This document shows, in pieces, positions 63,445 through 64,000 of a stretch of 64,000 bases of DNA. Under the pieces are notes generated by a model. The model worked only from the letters and a program-made list of their open reading frames with translations, did no database searches and had not been told where the DNA came from. The DNA is from an uncultured Aeromonadales bacterium (GTDB lineage Bacteria; Pseudomonadota; Gammaproteobacteria; Enterobacterales; Succinivibrionaceae): contig CACYPI010000002.1 in the NCBI GenBank assembly GCA_902776275.1, forward strand, positions 5,750 to 69,749, given 5' to 3'. A program made the translations under genes and the position numbers. Within the stretch, counting starts at the first letter, position 1. Each line of letters starts with the position of its first letter.

Positions 63445-64000
63445 TCAGAGCTGGGCGCCGCCGTACTGGCTTGCGGTGGGCGAGGAGTCGTTGCCCGTGA
63501 TTGACGTGCTCTCGGAGAGGCTCTTCCTGGGCTGCGGCGCAACCGGGGCGGAGCTTGAGTCATTGGAGAAGTCCTGGGCGGCCCCGCCGCTTTTCTTCTC
63601 AGAGGCGCTCCCCGCATCGCCAGCCTTGGACGAGCCGCCTTTGGAGGACGGATCGGACGCCGAGCTTGCGGACGATGCCGCGTCCGGGCCCTGCGCGCCT
63701 GAGGCGCCCTGCGCCTCGTCCGAGCCGCTGTCACCGCTGCCTGAGCTGCCAGAAGAGGGGCTTGATTCCTGGAGCTTCTCGGTCTGGGCCTCGGCCAGGG
63801 TCTGCTGGGCCTCGGCCGCCACCCTCAGATCCTGCCCTGAGGGCTCTGCAGGGGCGCGGGCGGCCTGGATCACCTGCTGCATCTTCTCGATGGTCTTCTC
63901 AGGGCTGCTTTCCTTGGACACGTCGATGTTGACGTGGCCGCCTATGGCATAGCGGTTGCCGTCGGGCCCGGTCTGGTAGTCGTAGGAAGGGGAGCTCGCG
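63445..64000 (-). CDS. SprA-related family protein (partial, 5' end beyond window) with a Ser/Gly/Asp-rich tail
   Basis: The reading frame stays open to the window edge. SYDYQTGPDGNRYAIGGHVNIDVSKESSPEKTIEKMQQVIQAARAPAEPSGQD matches my recollection of the SprA-related (PF12118) core. Confidence 0.5.
   Translation of the reverse strand, partial: ASSPSYDYQTGPDGNRYAIGGHVNIDVSKESSPEKTIEKMQQVIQAARAPAEPSGQDLRVAAEAQQTLAEAQTEKLQESSPSSGSSGSGDSGSDEAQGASGAQGPDAASSASSASDPSSKGGSSKAGDAGSASEKKSGGAAQDFSNDSSSAPVAPQPRKSLSESTSITGNDSSPTASQYGGAQL

Overview
GC-rich bacterial chromosomal segment with a strong GC bias at third codon positions. About 47 CDS; I recognised no rRNA, tRNA, CRISPR array, transposase or integrase. 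Gene content and local synteny point to a gammaproteobacterium: ihfA, usg/asd-like next to fimV, rlmL-uup, yciV-yciO, rdgC, gyrA-serC, fadD-rnd, OmpC-type porins and a vSGLT-like symporter. A 1.4k-aa dehydratase-activase fusion and a U32 protein hint at an anaerobic lifestyle. Most of the window is housekeeping. The loci worth a second look are: (1) two membrane-anchored BMP/PnrA-like binding proteins in an apparent operon with a hybrid histidine kinase and no ABC transporter; (2) an orphan JetD-like (DUF3322/DUF2220) gene with a degenerate Toprim DxD motif, next to an unrecognisable Cys-rich protein and a repeat-rich intergenic region; (3) an HTH-fused N6-adenine methyltransferase with an atypical CPPW catalytic motif, translationally coupled to an unknown 245-aa protein; (4) an HNH_2 endonuclease with a PUA-like N-domain coupled to an NAD(P)-binding protein; (5) a solitary HEPN (Rx4H) protein; (6) a membrane protein with six DnaJ-type CxxCxGxG zinc-finger units and no J domain. 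Other oddities are a giant, repeat-expanded FimV, an arginine/glycine-rich tail on RlmKL, an acidic insertion in GyrA, a G9 tract in a divergent promoter, tandem porin and tandem GGDEF paralogs, and a 580-bp unexplained intergenic region. All family assignments rest on motif recognition by eye and from memory. No database search was run.
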